Positions 37,447 through 50,992 of a stretch of 64,000 nt of DNA are shown here, in pieces. Below the pieces are notes generated by a model, which worked only from the letters and a program-made list of their open reading frames with translations, was not told the origin of the DNA and ran no database searches. The position numbers and the translations under genes were made by a program. Source of the stretch: a virus (lineage: Duplodnaviria > Heunggongvirae > Uroviricota > Caudoviricetes); IMG/VR virus record IMGVR_UViG_3300002641_000714; one strand, written 5' to 3'. Position 1 is the first letter of the stretch. Each line of letters opens with the position of its first letter.

Positions 37447-38151
37447 ATGAAAAGAGATAATAAAAAAGCTTTATATGAAAGCATTATGACTTCTATAGCT
37501 AAAGAAGTTAAAAAAGCATTAAATGAATATGATAGTTGGACTACTACAACATTGGATGTGATAACATAGGATGAAGAACAATCTGATGCTGATTTTGTAG
37601 ATTTGGGACTATCAGTTAAGTGGGCTAAGTATAATTTAGGTGCAACACCAGGTAAAAATGCTAAAGATTGGTATGGTGATTTTTATGCATGGGGTGAAAC
37701 TGAACCAAAATTAGATTATAAAATGAATAATTATAAATTAAACAATTATAATGACAAATATCATTAGGGTAAAAAGATGGTTCTTGATCCTAATGATGAT
37801 GCTGCGACTGTTAATTATGGCAAACCTTGGAGAATGCCAACAAAAGAAGAAATAAGAGAATTATTAAAACATACTACTAATCGTTGGGTTACTAATTATA
37901 AAGGAATTAAAGGATTAAATGGCCGATTATTTATTAGTAAAATAAACGGTAATTCAATTTTTATTCCTGCGGCTGGTTATTGTGAAGGTTCTGATATTAA
38001 TGATGTTGGTTCTTATTGCTACCTATGGTCTTCAAGTCTTAATTTAGACTACACATATGATGCATACTACTTTGACTTTAATTCAGACCATATTATTGCG
38101 TTAAGCTGCAATCGTTGCGATGGTTTTTCAGTTCGTCCTGTCATGGCTTAA
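37447..38151 (+). CDS. Leader-A + VDLGL domain protein with DGR-VR-like C-terminus
   Basis: MKRDNKKALYESIMTSIAKEVKKALNE; FVDLGLSVKWAKYNLGA; WRMPTKEE; IFIPAAG; WSSSL..R..GFSVRPV; TAG at 37567. Confidence 0.85.
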
Positions 38152-38180
38152 GGATTTACTACTCACTGAAAATAAGAAAT

Positions 38181-38230
38181 AAAAATGGTGAAACTGCTGG
38201 TTCAAACCCGTATAAAGTTTCACCATTTTT
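38181..38230. terminator. Long hairpin downstream of the VR-like gene
   Basis: aaaaatggtgaaact / agtttcaccattttt 15-bp stem; loop contains ggttcaaaccc. Confidence 0.65.
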
Positions 38231-38295
38231 CTATTTAATAACTAATAAACAATATCATAAAACCGTTATATAATAATAAAATAATAAAGGCTTTA

Positions 38296-39918
38296 GTGCA
38301 AATTGATATAACATATGACAATCAATATTTGGTATGCAATTCAGATTATCCTTATGAACTACAGCTATTAAAGAATTTTTTGACAAGGGAAATTTCTAAT
38401 GCTTGGTTACTTAAGAAAAAGATGCCTTATATTAATACTGAACGCTGTTTTATAAATGAATATGGAATGGTGCCGGTTGGTTTATGGTTAGAAGTTCTTC
38501 AATTTTGCAAGCAATTTAATATTTCTGCAAATTTAACAGAAAATACTACAAATTATATTAATCAATTCCAATTAGATTATCAGGCTTTTCACATTTATAT
38601 AGATGATATGTTCAATGGTGCTGAAATGCCTATTAAAGATGATGACGGAAATATAGAATGTTATGTGCCATTTAAACCTCATGAATATCAAATTAAAGCT
38701 GCATATACTCTAATTAAATATAGAAAAGCTTGCGGAGAAATATCTACTTCAGGCGGAAAAACTCTTATATCATTTATATTATTTAAATATTTTATTGATA
38801 TGGGAGTTAAAAAAGTTTTATATATAGTTCCATCTGTTGATTTAGCAAATCAATCTGCAGAAAAATATGAATTATATGAATCATATCTTAAAAAGCATAA
38901 ACACAATTGGGAAATTGGAGTATTACATTCCGGTTTAACTAAAAAAGAAAGAGAAAAAGTAGAATCATGTAATGTTTTATTTAGCACTTTTCAATCTTTA
39001 AATAGAAAAGAAAATGAATTTTTTAAAGATTTTGGAGCATGTATAAATGACGAAACACACCATGCATCAGCTGCTACTGTAAAAAAGACATTATCTAAAT
39101 GTGTTAATTTACGATATTCTATAGGTGTAACAGGAACATTTCCGAAACCTAATACTATTGAAAATATTGAAATTCAATCATATATTGGCCCTGTTGTTTA
39201 TAAATTAACTTCAGATCAATTAATTAATGAAGAACATGCGGCTACCCCAATTTATATAGTTTTTCAAATTATGAATTGGGGAACACAAGATGAAAAACGT
39301 CAACTTTATTATAATAGAGCGCAAAAAGCTAATAATGAAGATGATATGCAACTTGGAAATAAATTATTAAAACAAGAGCAAGAATTTGTTAATAATTCGT
39401 ATACTCGATTGAAATTTATTGGAGATTTGGCAATTAAAATGGCTAAAAATACTCTTATAATATTCGGAGATGTTAAAGGCGGATACGGAAAAAAGATTAT
39501 GGAATATATAAAAGAGAATTCTGATAAGAATGTCTATTATGTAGATGGAAATACACCAAATGAAAATCGAGAATATTATAAAAAATGTATGGCGGAAGAT
39601 ACTACTGGAAAAACAATAATTGTCGGAAGTATAGGAACATTCGGGGAAGGTCTGGATATTGGAAATTTGGAATCTATATTCTTAGTTAATTCAGCAAAAT
39701 CAGATAGAATGGTTAGACAAGTTGTTGGACGTGGTTTACGTAATGCATCCGGAAAAGAAAAATGTATTTTATATGATTTTGTAGATGATTTAAGATATAG
39801 TGAAGATAAGAAAAAACGATATTATGACAATTATATGTGGGCTCACTATAAAACCAGAAAAGGAATTTATACTGAACAACATTTTCCGACATATGAACAA
39901 AAATATGATTTTAAATAA
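38296..39918 (+). CDS. uvsW: UvsW-like SF2 DNA helicase
   Basis: PHEYQ, STSGGKT, IVPS, DETHH, GVTGT, GTFGEGLDI, QVVGRGLR, LYDFVDD. Confidence 0.88.
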   Translation: MQIDITYDNQYLVCNSDYPYELQLLKNFLTREISNAWLLKKKMPYINTERCFINEYGMVPVGLWLEVLQFCKQFNISANLTENTTNYINQFQLDYQAFHIYIDDMFNGAEMPIKDDDGNIECYVPFKPHEYQIKAAYTLIKYRKACGEISTSGGKTLISFILFKYFIDMGVKKVLYIVPSVDLANQSAEKYELYESYLKKHKHNWEIGVLHSGLTKKEREKVESCNVLFSTFQSLNRKENEFFKDFGACINDETHHASAATVKKTLSKCVNLRYSIGVTGTFPKPNTIENIEIQSYIGPVVYKLTSDQLINEEHAATPIYIVFQIMNWGTQDEKRQLYYNRAQKANNEDDMQLGNKLLKQEQEFVNNSYTRLKFIGDLAIKMAKNTLIIFGDVKGGYGKKIMEYIKENSDKNVYYVDGNTPNENREYYKKCMAEDTTGKTIIVGSIGTFGEGLDIGNLESIFLVNSAKSDRMVRQVVGRGLRNASGKEKCILYDFVDDLRYSEDKKKRYYDNYMWAHYKTRKGIYTEQHFPTYEQKYDFK

Positions 39919-39944
39919 AAAGAGATTCAAATTTGAATCTCTTT
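39918..39944. terminator. Bidirectional terminator (GAGATTCA stem family)
   Basis: aaaagagattcaaatttgaatctcttt. Confidence 0.75.
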
Positions 39945-39949
39945 ATTTT

Positions 39950-40756
39950 TTATAATTTTATTACCGGACGAATTGGTAATCCGCATAACCTACTTTCAGC
40001 AATATATTGCCAATAACCTTTATATATAGTTAAAATTTCTAATTCATTATTATCACCATCCCATGTAGAAATTGGACCTGATATCCAATATTCAATATGG
40101 CCATCAGCTAAAGCTGGTTTAGAACCAAAACTAGTATGTCCGCTAGCAGGTAAAAATAATGTATTCCCATTAATTTTACTAATTAATAATGCGCCATACA
40201 GCTAATTAATATTATTGTATTTTCGTTTATATTTAACTGTTGTATATTTTTTTAATTCTTCAAACTATTGCATAGTTGGCATATAAAATTTAAAGTTATG
40301 TAAATGCATATTTTGGTAAGCAGCATCATCTTCTGGCAGCAAATAATCTAAATTATCTATATTTGATTTATCATATTTTGTTTTTACATTAAATGCATAT
40401 TTTGTTAACTAATAAATTCTACCAAATTTATAATTATCCCAATTATATTCCGGTTTATTTGCTTCAATCTCACCCCATGCATAATAATCACCACGCCAAT
40501 CTTCTGAATTAGACTATTCTGGATGATTATTTAATAATTCATAATCACATCCTAAATTGTATTTGCACCACAGAGTTCCAGATGGTAGTCCAAGATCAAC
40601 TACGTTATTCATTAAATCTAAATACTCTTTAGTTCCATCTTGATGATTAACTTTGCTATTAGACTGCCCTTGAATATCTTCTTGATCTTCATAGTCATCT
40701 AATGCAAATTTAATTCCTCTATTAACAGCTTCTAATATTTTATTATAATTTTTCAT
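39950..40756 (-). CDS. Leader-B + VDLGLPSG domain protein
   Basis: MKNYNKILEAVNRGIKFALDDY; VVDLGLPSGTLWCKYNLG; ends GLPIRPVIKL after TAG read-through. Confidence 0.8.
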
Positions 40757-40763
40757 AATTAAT

Positions 40764-41567
40764 TTATAAATTTATTACCGGGCGAATATTAAACCCGTTA
40801 GCACGACTGACAATATTATCGCCATATCTATTGGAATTGAAAAAACAATAGTAAGCCCAGCGAGCATCAGATAAGAAAAGACTCGAAGACCACAATAAAC
40901 AAGCAGAACCAACATTTCCACATGAATCACCGGCTGCCGGGATAAACAACTAATTTCCGTTTTTCTTTCCTTCAAAAACTCTGCCGTTCAATCCTTGAAT
41001 TCCGCTATCATCTTCATGATTATGTATAGTTTTATTAGGATCATAATTATTAACCCAATAGTTTTTAGTGCAATTTCCTAATTCTTCAAACTATTCTTTA
41101 GTCGGAATATGAAATTTAAAATTATATAATTTTTTATTCTAGTAAGCTGCATCATCTTCTGGTAATAATTCAGATAAATTATCAGTAAAACCATTTAAAC
41201 CAACATCAGGAACATTACAATATTTAGTTAAAGATCCATCAAAATAATCATTTCCAAATTTATAATTATCCCAATTATATTCCGGTTTATTTCCTTCTAA
41301 TTCACCCCATGCATAGTATTTTCCATACCAGTCTTCTGGATTAGTTAACTGGTTTGGATTAACATCTAAGTTATACTTGCACCATAAGGTTCCTGAAGGA
41401 AGATCCAAATCTACCACTTCTTTCATTAAATCTAAATATTCATTCATTCCACCCTAATATTTAACTTTGCTGTTAACTTGACCTTGAAGTTCATTATCTT
41501 CAAAATCATCCAATGCAAATTTAATTCCTCTATTAATAGCTTCTAATATTTTATTATAATTTTTCAT
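40764..41567 (-). CDS. Leader-B + VDLGLPSG domain protein with VR-like C-terminus
   Basis: Joins fragments 41139..41447 and 40764..40949 across TAGs; ends GFNIRPVINL. Confidence 0.8.
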
Positions 41568-41576
41568 TTAATTAAT

Positions 41577-42446
41577 TTATAAATTTATTACTGGGCGAAT
41601 ATTATAACCAGTACAACGATAATTAGTGTAAATATCGAAATTGTCTGAATAGAAGCATAAAGAGTAAGCATGGTTGGGACATTCTAAATAAAGAGTTGAA
41701 GACCATAAGTAAATATAATAATCAACATTATTAACACTATCGCCAATATAATAACCAGCTGCAGGAATAAATAACTAATTTCCATTCTTTCCTTCAAATA
41801 TTCTGCCATTCAAACCTTTAATTCCACCATCATTTTTTGGATTATGAATAGTTTTATTTGGATTATAATTTTTAACCTAATAATTACTTGTATATTTTAT
41901 TAGTTCTTCACACTATTCTTTAGTCGGTATACGGAATTTAAAATTATGGCATTTTTTAAATTGATAAGCAGCATCATCTTCTGGAAGAAGTTCAGTTAAA
42001 TTATCTGCAAATTGTGTATATGGATAATTTTCATTATTGTCTATTCTTTTAACTCCATCTTCTTTTTTACTACAATATTTAGTCATTTTTTCTAAATATG
42101 GACGTTTACCAGAATATTTATAATTAGCCCAACCGAAATAACTTTTACCATCTTTGTTTGTTTTATTTCCTTCTAATTCACCCCAAGCATAATATTTACC
42201 ATACCAGTTTTTAGCTTTAGTTAATTGATTAGAATTAACATCAAGATTATATTTACACCATAAAGTTCCAGAAGGAAGCCCCAAATCAACGACTTCTTCC
42301 ATTAAATCCAACCATTCTTTGGTTCCATATTGATAATTAACTTTACTATTAGTTTGACCTTGAAGTTCATCTTGATTATCAAAGTCATCTAAAGCAAACT
42401 TAATACCTCTATTGACAGCTTCTAATATTTGTTTATAATTCTTCAT
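41577..42446 (-). CDS. Leader-B + VDLGLPSG domain protein with VR-like C-terminus
   Basis: MKNYKQILEAVNRGIKFALDDF; read-through gives LFIPAAG..WSSTL..RCTGYNIRPVINL. Confidence 0.8.
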
Positions 42447-42521
42447 ATCAATATATTTATTTTTAACATTTTAGCTGAACTATAATACAATAATAAATAA
42501 TAAAACTATTGAAAGGCGAAT

Positions 42522-43187
42522 ATGAAAAGTATATTTATAGGATTTGATTTTAGTATGAATAAACCGGCCGCGACATTATTATATGATTAGCAATTTTATC
42601 ATTTAATATGGCCAGCAGATTTATCAGAAAAACATTAGAATATTTATAAAGATCATGATGTCTATTGTTATTCTAGAGGATTGAGTGCTGTTTCTACTAA
42701 AGATAAAAATTCATAGATTGTTTTAGAACATACTATACGTTCAACTGAATTAGCAAATCTTATAATAAACACTTTAGATTATATTATAGATGATATGTTA
42801 AAAATTTCTTCAGATACACCAATTTATATTTCATCTGAGGGGTTATCATATGGATCTAAGGGTGATGCTGCTTTGAATCTTGCAACATATAAAGGTGTTT
42901 TACTTAGCAAATTATATGAAAAATATAAAGATAGATTATATGGACTTTATACATATTCGCCTATTACATTAAAAGCTACTGCTGGTTGTGCAGCTAAAAA
43001 TAAACAAACATCTAAAACACCGATGATAGATGCATTTATGAGAGAACCGGTTAATAACAAATTTCATAATGGTTTAATAGCTGGGGATTTTATAAATAAA
43101 ACTGCATATATTCATTGTGTTGATGATATAGTTGACAGTTATTGGGCGTTAATAACTATGATTAAAAAGGAAGGGTTTCTTAAGTAA
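42522..43187 (+). CDS. RuvC-like Holliday junction resolvase
   Basis: N-terminal IFIGFDFSMNKPA (only recovered with TAG=Gln), SEGLSYGSKG, YSPITLKATAG, DDIVDSYW. Confidence 0.7.
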
Positions 43188-44071
43188 TGAATTTAAATCT
43201 TGAAATAGAACAAGGAAGTTAGGCTGATAATATTGGAAAAAAATTACAATAGTCTACAGAAGATCTTGCAAAAGAAAAAGTATCTAATGCTGCTTTGGGT
43301 GCTGCAGATATTGTTGCATCTACTGGTATTAATGTCGGTGTCGGTTCAACTGATTAGATTATTGCAGATAATATCAGTGCGGCTATGAAATTAGCAGGCC
43401 GTGAAGGATTAACAAATTTAGCAAATAATCTATAGGGATATACACATAATTTAACTGAAATGGGATTAAATACACCGGAAGAACTTGTTAATATATTATT
43501 AGAACAAATAAATGAAGTTTTAGCAGAAGGCGGTGTAATAGACCAAATCAGTAAAAGCATGGCTATTGCAAAAAATATAACAGATGCAACTCAACAAGGT
43601 TTACAAATTGCATCATCCGGTATAACTATTGCAGGTAATATTAGTAAACTTATGACATAGTTAAATAAAATGCAAGATGTCGAAGTTACATGTATACCGT
43701 CTATTAAAGATTCAACTAGTGCATTTGCCGCTTCAATATTAGATCAGATAGTTGCACAATATACCGCACTTAAAGAATAGTTAATAATTTTTTATAATGC
43801 AATGATTTGTACATCAAATGATTCTGTTATTGATAATATAGTTGTGTCTATAAATTCAATATTAACTACATTAGAACCTTTATTAGATCAATTATTAAAA
43901 CAATATACAGGATTTACTGTAAGCGAAGTTAGAAATATTTGTAATCAGGGTTTTGCATATATTGGGATGATTGAACGTGCAGCAGCAAGAAAGCAATATG
44001 AAGAAACAGAAAATATAGAAAACACTGATACAAATACAGAAGAAAATAGAGAAACTACTGAAAATAATTAA
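43187..44071 (+). CDS. Hypothetical helical (probable virion) protein, TAG-rich
   Basis: ATG overlaps the upstream TAA; joins 43460..43660 and 43802..44071 across TAGs. Confidence 0.75.
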
Positions 44072-46119
44072 TGAAATATTTTAAATTTGAATAGTTTGCA
44101 ATATCTAATACAGCTAAAAGACTGGGTATAGATAATTCTGTTCCATTAAAATTTTAGCCTAGAGCTGCTGAATTAGTTGATACTATATTAGATCCTTTGC
44201 GTGAAGCATGGGGTTCTGATATTGATATGACATCTGGTTATCGTTGTGAAGAATTAAACAATGCAATCGGTGGTTCAAAAACATCAGCGCATTCTCACGT
44301 ATATGCAGCAGATTTGGTACCGTCAAATGGTAAAGTTGAAGAATTTAAAGAATTTACCATGCATTGGTTGTATGACAATAATATTAAATTTGACCAATAT
44401 ATTAATGAATATAAAGGTAATAGTTCATGGGTTCATATCGGCATTAGAAATGGTAGTGGCCAACAACGTCAACAATATAAATTATTTTATGGCGGAAAAT
44501 ATACTAAAATTGATCCTAATACATTTACTAGTATAAAAAATCGTAATATGTCTGGACAACCTAATAATATTAATAAAGTTGATTCAGATACACAGGTGAC
44601 ATCTATTGTATAGCAAGAAGTAAATCCTACAGTAGCTGCTACAACATATGATAATAATTTTACAACCGGCGGCGGTAATACACAAACAGGTTCCACTGCT
44701 GGATTATTAACTGCTTTTGATGATATATATTTAAAAAATATATCAAATAAAGATAATAATACAAATGATAGTGTTGATAATGAACAAATTAAATCTAATA
44801 GTATATATTAGAAAGATGATAATGGAGATCCAATATTAAATGAATATGGTAATCCTACAGTAACTGATGATTATTTATATGAATTTGATGAGGATGATGA
44901 TATGATTGATGATATGGAAGTTCCAAATGCGGATGAAGTATATCCTGTATTATCACAATCAATACAACAAAATAATTTATCAAATAATTCAACACAAAAT
45001 AGTTCAGTATCAAATATTAATAATGTTCCATCAGCTGTTGATATTGAAGATAAAAATGCTAATACACCAGAAGCTAAAAAATTATTAGAGGATATCCGTA
45101 GAAAACGAAATCTGGAGAAATGGAATTTAAAATCACAAGATTTACCATTAGCAGAAGCAAAAGCAGAATTATATAAATGGCTTCAGGGACAATCAATCAT
45201 TTTATAGAATGCTTTTTATATTCTTATATTTAAAGATATGATTGACAGAATAAAAACATTAATCGAACAATTACAAAATACATCTCAAATGAATATGGTA
45301 ACATTATTAAATTCATTAAATGATGTTATAAGTATATTTAATGATTTGGGAATAACACCGGATGCTGAAGGTATAGATATGCAAGATTTAAAAAATCTTG
45401 GTATGGCAGTAGTCGGAACGCTTGCTGATACCGGTGTTAATATAGGTAATCAAGTTTATAATAATTCAATGCAATATACACAAAATAATATAAATGCATC
45501 AATTGCAGAACTTAGAAATCAAACTGGACTTATAATAGATTCTGATATTATCGGTAAATCACAAAATATTGTTGCCGGCGCAACTGAAATGGGAAATGAA
45601 TTAGGAATGTCTGTAGCAGAAGCATCAAAAACAATAAATTCATCTGATAATAAGATTGGTAGTATACAAGTACCGACAATTGCTAAAGCCACTGGTTCTG
45701 ATATAGTTGCTAATATGGTGGATGGCGGAATTAATAATATTATTAATACCGGACAAATTGTAAGTATGCAAAATGTAACAGGTGCCGCAGATGAATTGAA
45801 AAATAGATTTACAAATATATCAAATAATATAAAAGAACCATTTTCATATCAACAATCAAATGACGGTAAAAATATTACAATTGATATCATTATTAATAAA
45901 GATCCGGCATTAAATATTATAAAAATAAATTCATTTCTTAAATCATATACATACGGTAATAATGAACGAATTTTTAATGCAGGTGCTATTAAATATATTA
46001 GAGATACATTTAATCAAGCATGGCAAACAAATGAATATACAACAATATATGTTGATGCTATTGTAGAAGGTATTACAAAACACTATATATTTAATTTTAC
46101 TATAAAAAGAAGTAATTAA
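44071..46119 (+). CDS. Peptidase M15A domain fused to a linker and helical region, 682 aa
   Basis: MKYFK..LDPLREAWG..SGYRC..SAH..AAD..FDQ.I.E..WVHIG; single frame across TAGs to TAA 46119. Confidence 0.8.
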
Positions 46120-46130
46120 AGAAATAACAG

Positions 46131-49100
46131 ATGAAATATTTTAGTTTATCAGATTTTGAACGTTCTTCAACAGCAGCTAGTTTAAAAATAGACAATTCAC
46201 TTGCACCTGAACATAAACAGCATGCAGAAGAATTTGTTAATAATATTTTAGATCCGTTACGTGAAGCATATGGGTCCGGTATTATTATATCATCTGGTTA
46301 TCGCAGTAAAGCATTAAATACAGAATTACAACGTCGTGCATAGGAAGTTGAAAATAAGCGAGCTGCTGAATAGGGAAGAGCACCACAAAAGTAGAAAAAA
46401 GTTTCAGATTTTTCTGCACATATGACAGGTTGGGCGGCTGATACAAAACCGGCAAATGGAGAATTTGATGCATATAAAGATTTCGTAGTTCATTGGTTAT
46501 ATGATAATAATATATTGTTTGATCAGTGTATTGTCGAGCGTGATGGAAATTCTTAGTGGATACATATCGGTTATAAAAGTTTAAAAGGTGCATAGCGTAG
46601 AGAATTTTTAACATATAATGGAAACAGACAATCACCTAAATATCATAAACTTGTTATTAGTTCAAATACAAATAATATAAATGTTACTGCAATATCTACT
46701 GTATCAAATACATCATAGGTTACTACATTAACATAGCCAACCACTACAACATCAACAACTGTAAATCAACAAAATAATACAATTGCTACAGGTAGCGGAA
46801 ATACACAAATCGGAAATACTGAAGGATTATTAACTGGTACAGCTGTTTATTATGGTGAAAATATAGAAGATATAAAAGTATCAGGAAAAAAGAATAGAGC
46901 TGACAATATTAAGGTTAATAATATAAATGGAAATATTATTGCATGTAATGAAGCTGAAATTAAAAATGATCCGATTTATCAAAAAGATGAAAATGGTGAT
47001 CCAATTTATGATTTGAATGGAAATCCTGCTACATCTGATGATTATATTTTAAATAACGGAACAGAAGGTGAATTAGATGAAATTGAAAATATAAATGAAT
47101 TACCGACAGAATATATTAGTGACGAATTATCTGAAGAGACACTAGAAACATTATAGTTATATGCAGAAATTCAAGGTTTATCTGTTGATAATTTAAATAT
47201 TGATTCAATAAGTAATATTGCAAATATTGCAAATATACCTGATATACCAGATACAACACAAGCAGTATCGCAAATTACAAAAACAAATATACCAATTAAT
47301 GCAACATATATTGAATAGGCATTATAGGGTAAAGTTTTAATGTTTAATGAAGTTCTTAATGTATTTAAAACTATATTACCGGTTATTAATACATTAAAAA
47401 CATTATGTCATTTATTAGAAAATTATTAGATTAATAAAGAACGGGTACGATCAAAACAACGTACAAATCTTGGATAGGCTTTAAGAGATACTGCAACACT
47501 GGTAAAAGGGCTTAGTAATATTATTAATTTAAAAGAAACCAATTTCTTTACAATCAGAACACAAGAAACAGCAGATTGGGCTAAATCAACATTTAAAGAT
47601 GCTATTATAGATAATGAAGGATATATGGTTATCGGTAAAATTAATTCTATTGTTGACGCACTTGCATTAACTACCGGAAATAATACAGATACCGTTGTAT
47701 TAAATACATATTGTTTATTACATAATATAAAACCTGAAATTCCATTAAATTTAACATTAGGAACTAAAATATATTATGATAAATGGGCTATTGAAAACGG
47801 TAATTATAATGATGGTACATTAAATGGACTTGATAATATTGAATATAATCCTGATATTAATGAATTATATACTTCACCAAAATCAACTATATCCAGTGAA
47901 ATTTTACGAGCATAGAAAAAGAAAATAGATCCATATTATATAAATAGTCCAGATATTGAAAATGAAGTTTAGAAGGATGACTATAAAACTTATTTAAAGC
48001 TACTTTCTTTTAAATCTGATGAGTTTGAAGGACAACAGATACTAAATATCAATGATTTAAATTTATGTCCGCCAGAATTAAAAAATGAGCCATTGCCGGA
48101 AAAGAATGCAGTGATTGTTGAATTCGGTGATGAATATACTATGGGTAGTGCCGTAAAATATGATTTAATGGTAAAACCCGGGCAAACAATTAAAAAGGGT
48201 GATATATTAGCATATATTTACAAAGATGTTAAAACTATTAAAAAAGATGAAAACGGTTTACCGATTTTAGATGCTTCCAATAATAAAGAAATTGAAATTA
48301 AGACTGTAAAGAAAACACTTAAAACACAATTTACAGGGGTTGTCAGAGAATCAACAAATGAAATTGATCAATATTATTATCGTTTATATCCATCTGCTAC
48401 AACACCGACCAGACATTTTATTATTGATAATCCAAAATTATGTCCTGTTATTGATTTTGATATTAATAAAATTATTGATTTATAGAAAAAATTTAAGAGA
48501 ACTACCGAGTTAGAAGCATTTATTATAAATTGTATGGTTCCGTCAATATTACCGGTTTTATTATTAAATGCTAAAAGAGATAATGAAATATTTGTATAGC
48601 AATAGGGATCATATTTAACAGGTAATACACAACAACCGACAGATATTTATAGTAAATATAATTCTATAATGAAATCATATGATACATCTATAAATGATTA
48701 TATGAATGAAATTATATCATTAGATTCATCAGATAATATTACAGCTAATGCAGAACATAATGATTCAACTAAAAAAGATGAGAAGGACAGTATTGTAAAT
48801 ATATCTGTATCACATGTTAAACAATTACAAAATGATATATTGTCTGTTAGAAAACAGATGATAGATAAATCTATTGATACATATCAATCAGTATTTAATT
48901 TAAATGATTTAATTGGTGATTATACATATGAAGATTGTGTAGGTCTTGCATATAACAATAATTTTAATTTTTCACGTGAAATTCAGGATGTAAAAGTTGA
49001 ATATAATAATTATTATATAAATTTATTAAAAATTATACCTGATACTGTATCAACAGCACCAGAAATACCATTTGAAATAAATGATGATTTAATAAGCGAA

Positions 49101-50975
49101 ATTAAAAATACTATAAATTTAGCTGAAAATACATCAATGGGTGATGATGCATCTATATTCAATAGTTCATTTTTTGATATTAATAATATAACAAAACAAA
49201 TTGATAATGTTGGTAAAACTGTTATTAATAATCGGACATATTATGCAAATGCAATAGGTAAATTTTCACATGAAACAAATAATACAGATCATGATTATGT
49301 TAAAGAGTATAAAGATTTGATTAAAAATATTATTGATAAGCGTTTAAGTTATGAACATAAAACAAAACAAAATATGATTGGACAATTTAATGAATATTAT
49401 TATAATCATATTAAAAATATAAATGACGCATACAGCAATCTTTATAACAGAGTAAAAGATTATTTGAATAAACCTGACGAAATTTTAAAACAAATTGAAT
49501 AGGATAATGTAAATACAAAAAAAGATGAAAAGAAATATGATGTAAATCAACAAGCATTAACATTGTTTATGTATATTGTTAATTCAGATATAACTGATAT
49601 TACTGCACCTACTAATATAACATCTGAAAAAAATATAGATAAAGCTAATTTAAATATAATTTTAAAATTTATTAAAGAAAAATATATTGATACAGAAAAA
49701 TTAGTATATAAAAATGTTTCATATGATAATATATATGATTTATATAATATTATTATAAAAGAGAATACTACAACAGAAGTATTAAGTGCATATTCAATTG
49801 ATAAAATTAAAGAAAATGCATTAAATACAATTTATGATTTATTAAATAAAACTATAAGTAAAACAACAATTGCATATTTAATTAATGCTGAACAGGTTGT
49901 AAATGGTAACAAAGATACTTTGACTAAATCAGAATTGGCATTTTTTAACAGACAGTTAAACAATTATTATTTTGAAATATTATTAAAAGACGAAGCTGAA
50001 CAAATTATAAATTTCTGGAAAAATGTATTAGTGGCATATAACAGCACCTATAATTTAGATAAAATTACTAAAGAATTACAAGATTATGCTGATAATATGA
50101 ATAGTATTGCAGAATGGCCGCAATCAACTGAGCTTAAAATAGATAATACTACATATGATTTATATACATTTACAAATCCGTATGAAGATCCTAAAGATAT
50201 AGATGATAATCTTCAATATAATAATAGTGTAAAAGAACCTGGAGATGTTAACCTTAATTTAGAAGATATTATAGAACAGAAACACAGTAATATAACAATA
50301 ATGGATTATGAATACTGGTTAGTTTATATGTTAAATGCAACATTAGTTTCAATTCCATTTTTATGTGACGGTTTATGTTCTCCGATTATACCGCCGGTTC
50401 CACTACCGGGAATTTATTTCCCGATTGCACCACCGGTAATGATTCCGGTAGTTAATGTTTTAATGGTATTCGGTATCGCAATACGCGGAATTTGGCCTGC
50501 ACCGATTATATTATTAGTTAATACGACATCTAATAATATTGATGCGACAATATTTATAAGAATGGCTTTAGAAACAGGTAAAAATATTTTTAAAGATTCA
50601 CAAAGTTTAATTGAAAATCAAATACCCGCAATGGTAACTGAGATGATGAATAATTATATTAAAGATAATGAAATTGCACAAAAAGCAGCAGATAAATTCA
50701 GAACATATTCATCAATTATCAGAGCAATTCCGATTGAAGACAAAGCACTTATAGAAAAAGAATTTGAACAAGCATTATTAGATGAAATGAATGAGCAAGA
50801 ATCATTGAACAAAGCTAATGATACATTATTTAATACATAGCAAAAAATGGCGCAAACAAATATTAATACACAAAGAAAAGCTATTAATGGCATAAATAAT
50901 ATTCCTAAAAAACTTGATAGACGACAAAAAATAATTCGAGAAGGTGATTTAGGAAATGGGCATGAACCAATGTAA
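46131..50975 (+). CDS. Peptidase M15A domain fused to a very large virion-type protein, 1614 aa
   Basis: MKYFS..LDPLREAYG..SGYRS..SAHMTGWAAD..FDQCIVE..WIHIG; one frame with many TAGs to TAA 50975; Pro-rich hydrophobic segment near the C-terminus. Confidence 0.8.
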
Positions 50976-50992
50976 AAAATTAAAATATAGTA

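Noticed and set aside
38181..38230. tRNA gene (ggttcaaaccc T-loop-like word)
   Set aside because: No D-arm, anticodon arm or acceptor stem; the word lies in the loop of a simple long hairpin
42522..43187. Transposase/TnpB or Cas12-like RuvC
   Set aside because: Only 221 aa, with no Zn finger/HTH or flanking IS ends; fits a stand-alone resolvase coupled to structural genes
32167..50975. Apparent field of pseudogenes/fragmented ORFs
   Set aside because: All breaks are TAG in a single frame with no TAA/TGA or frameshifts; explained by code 15
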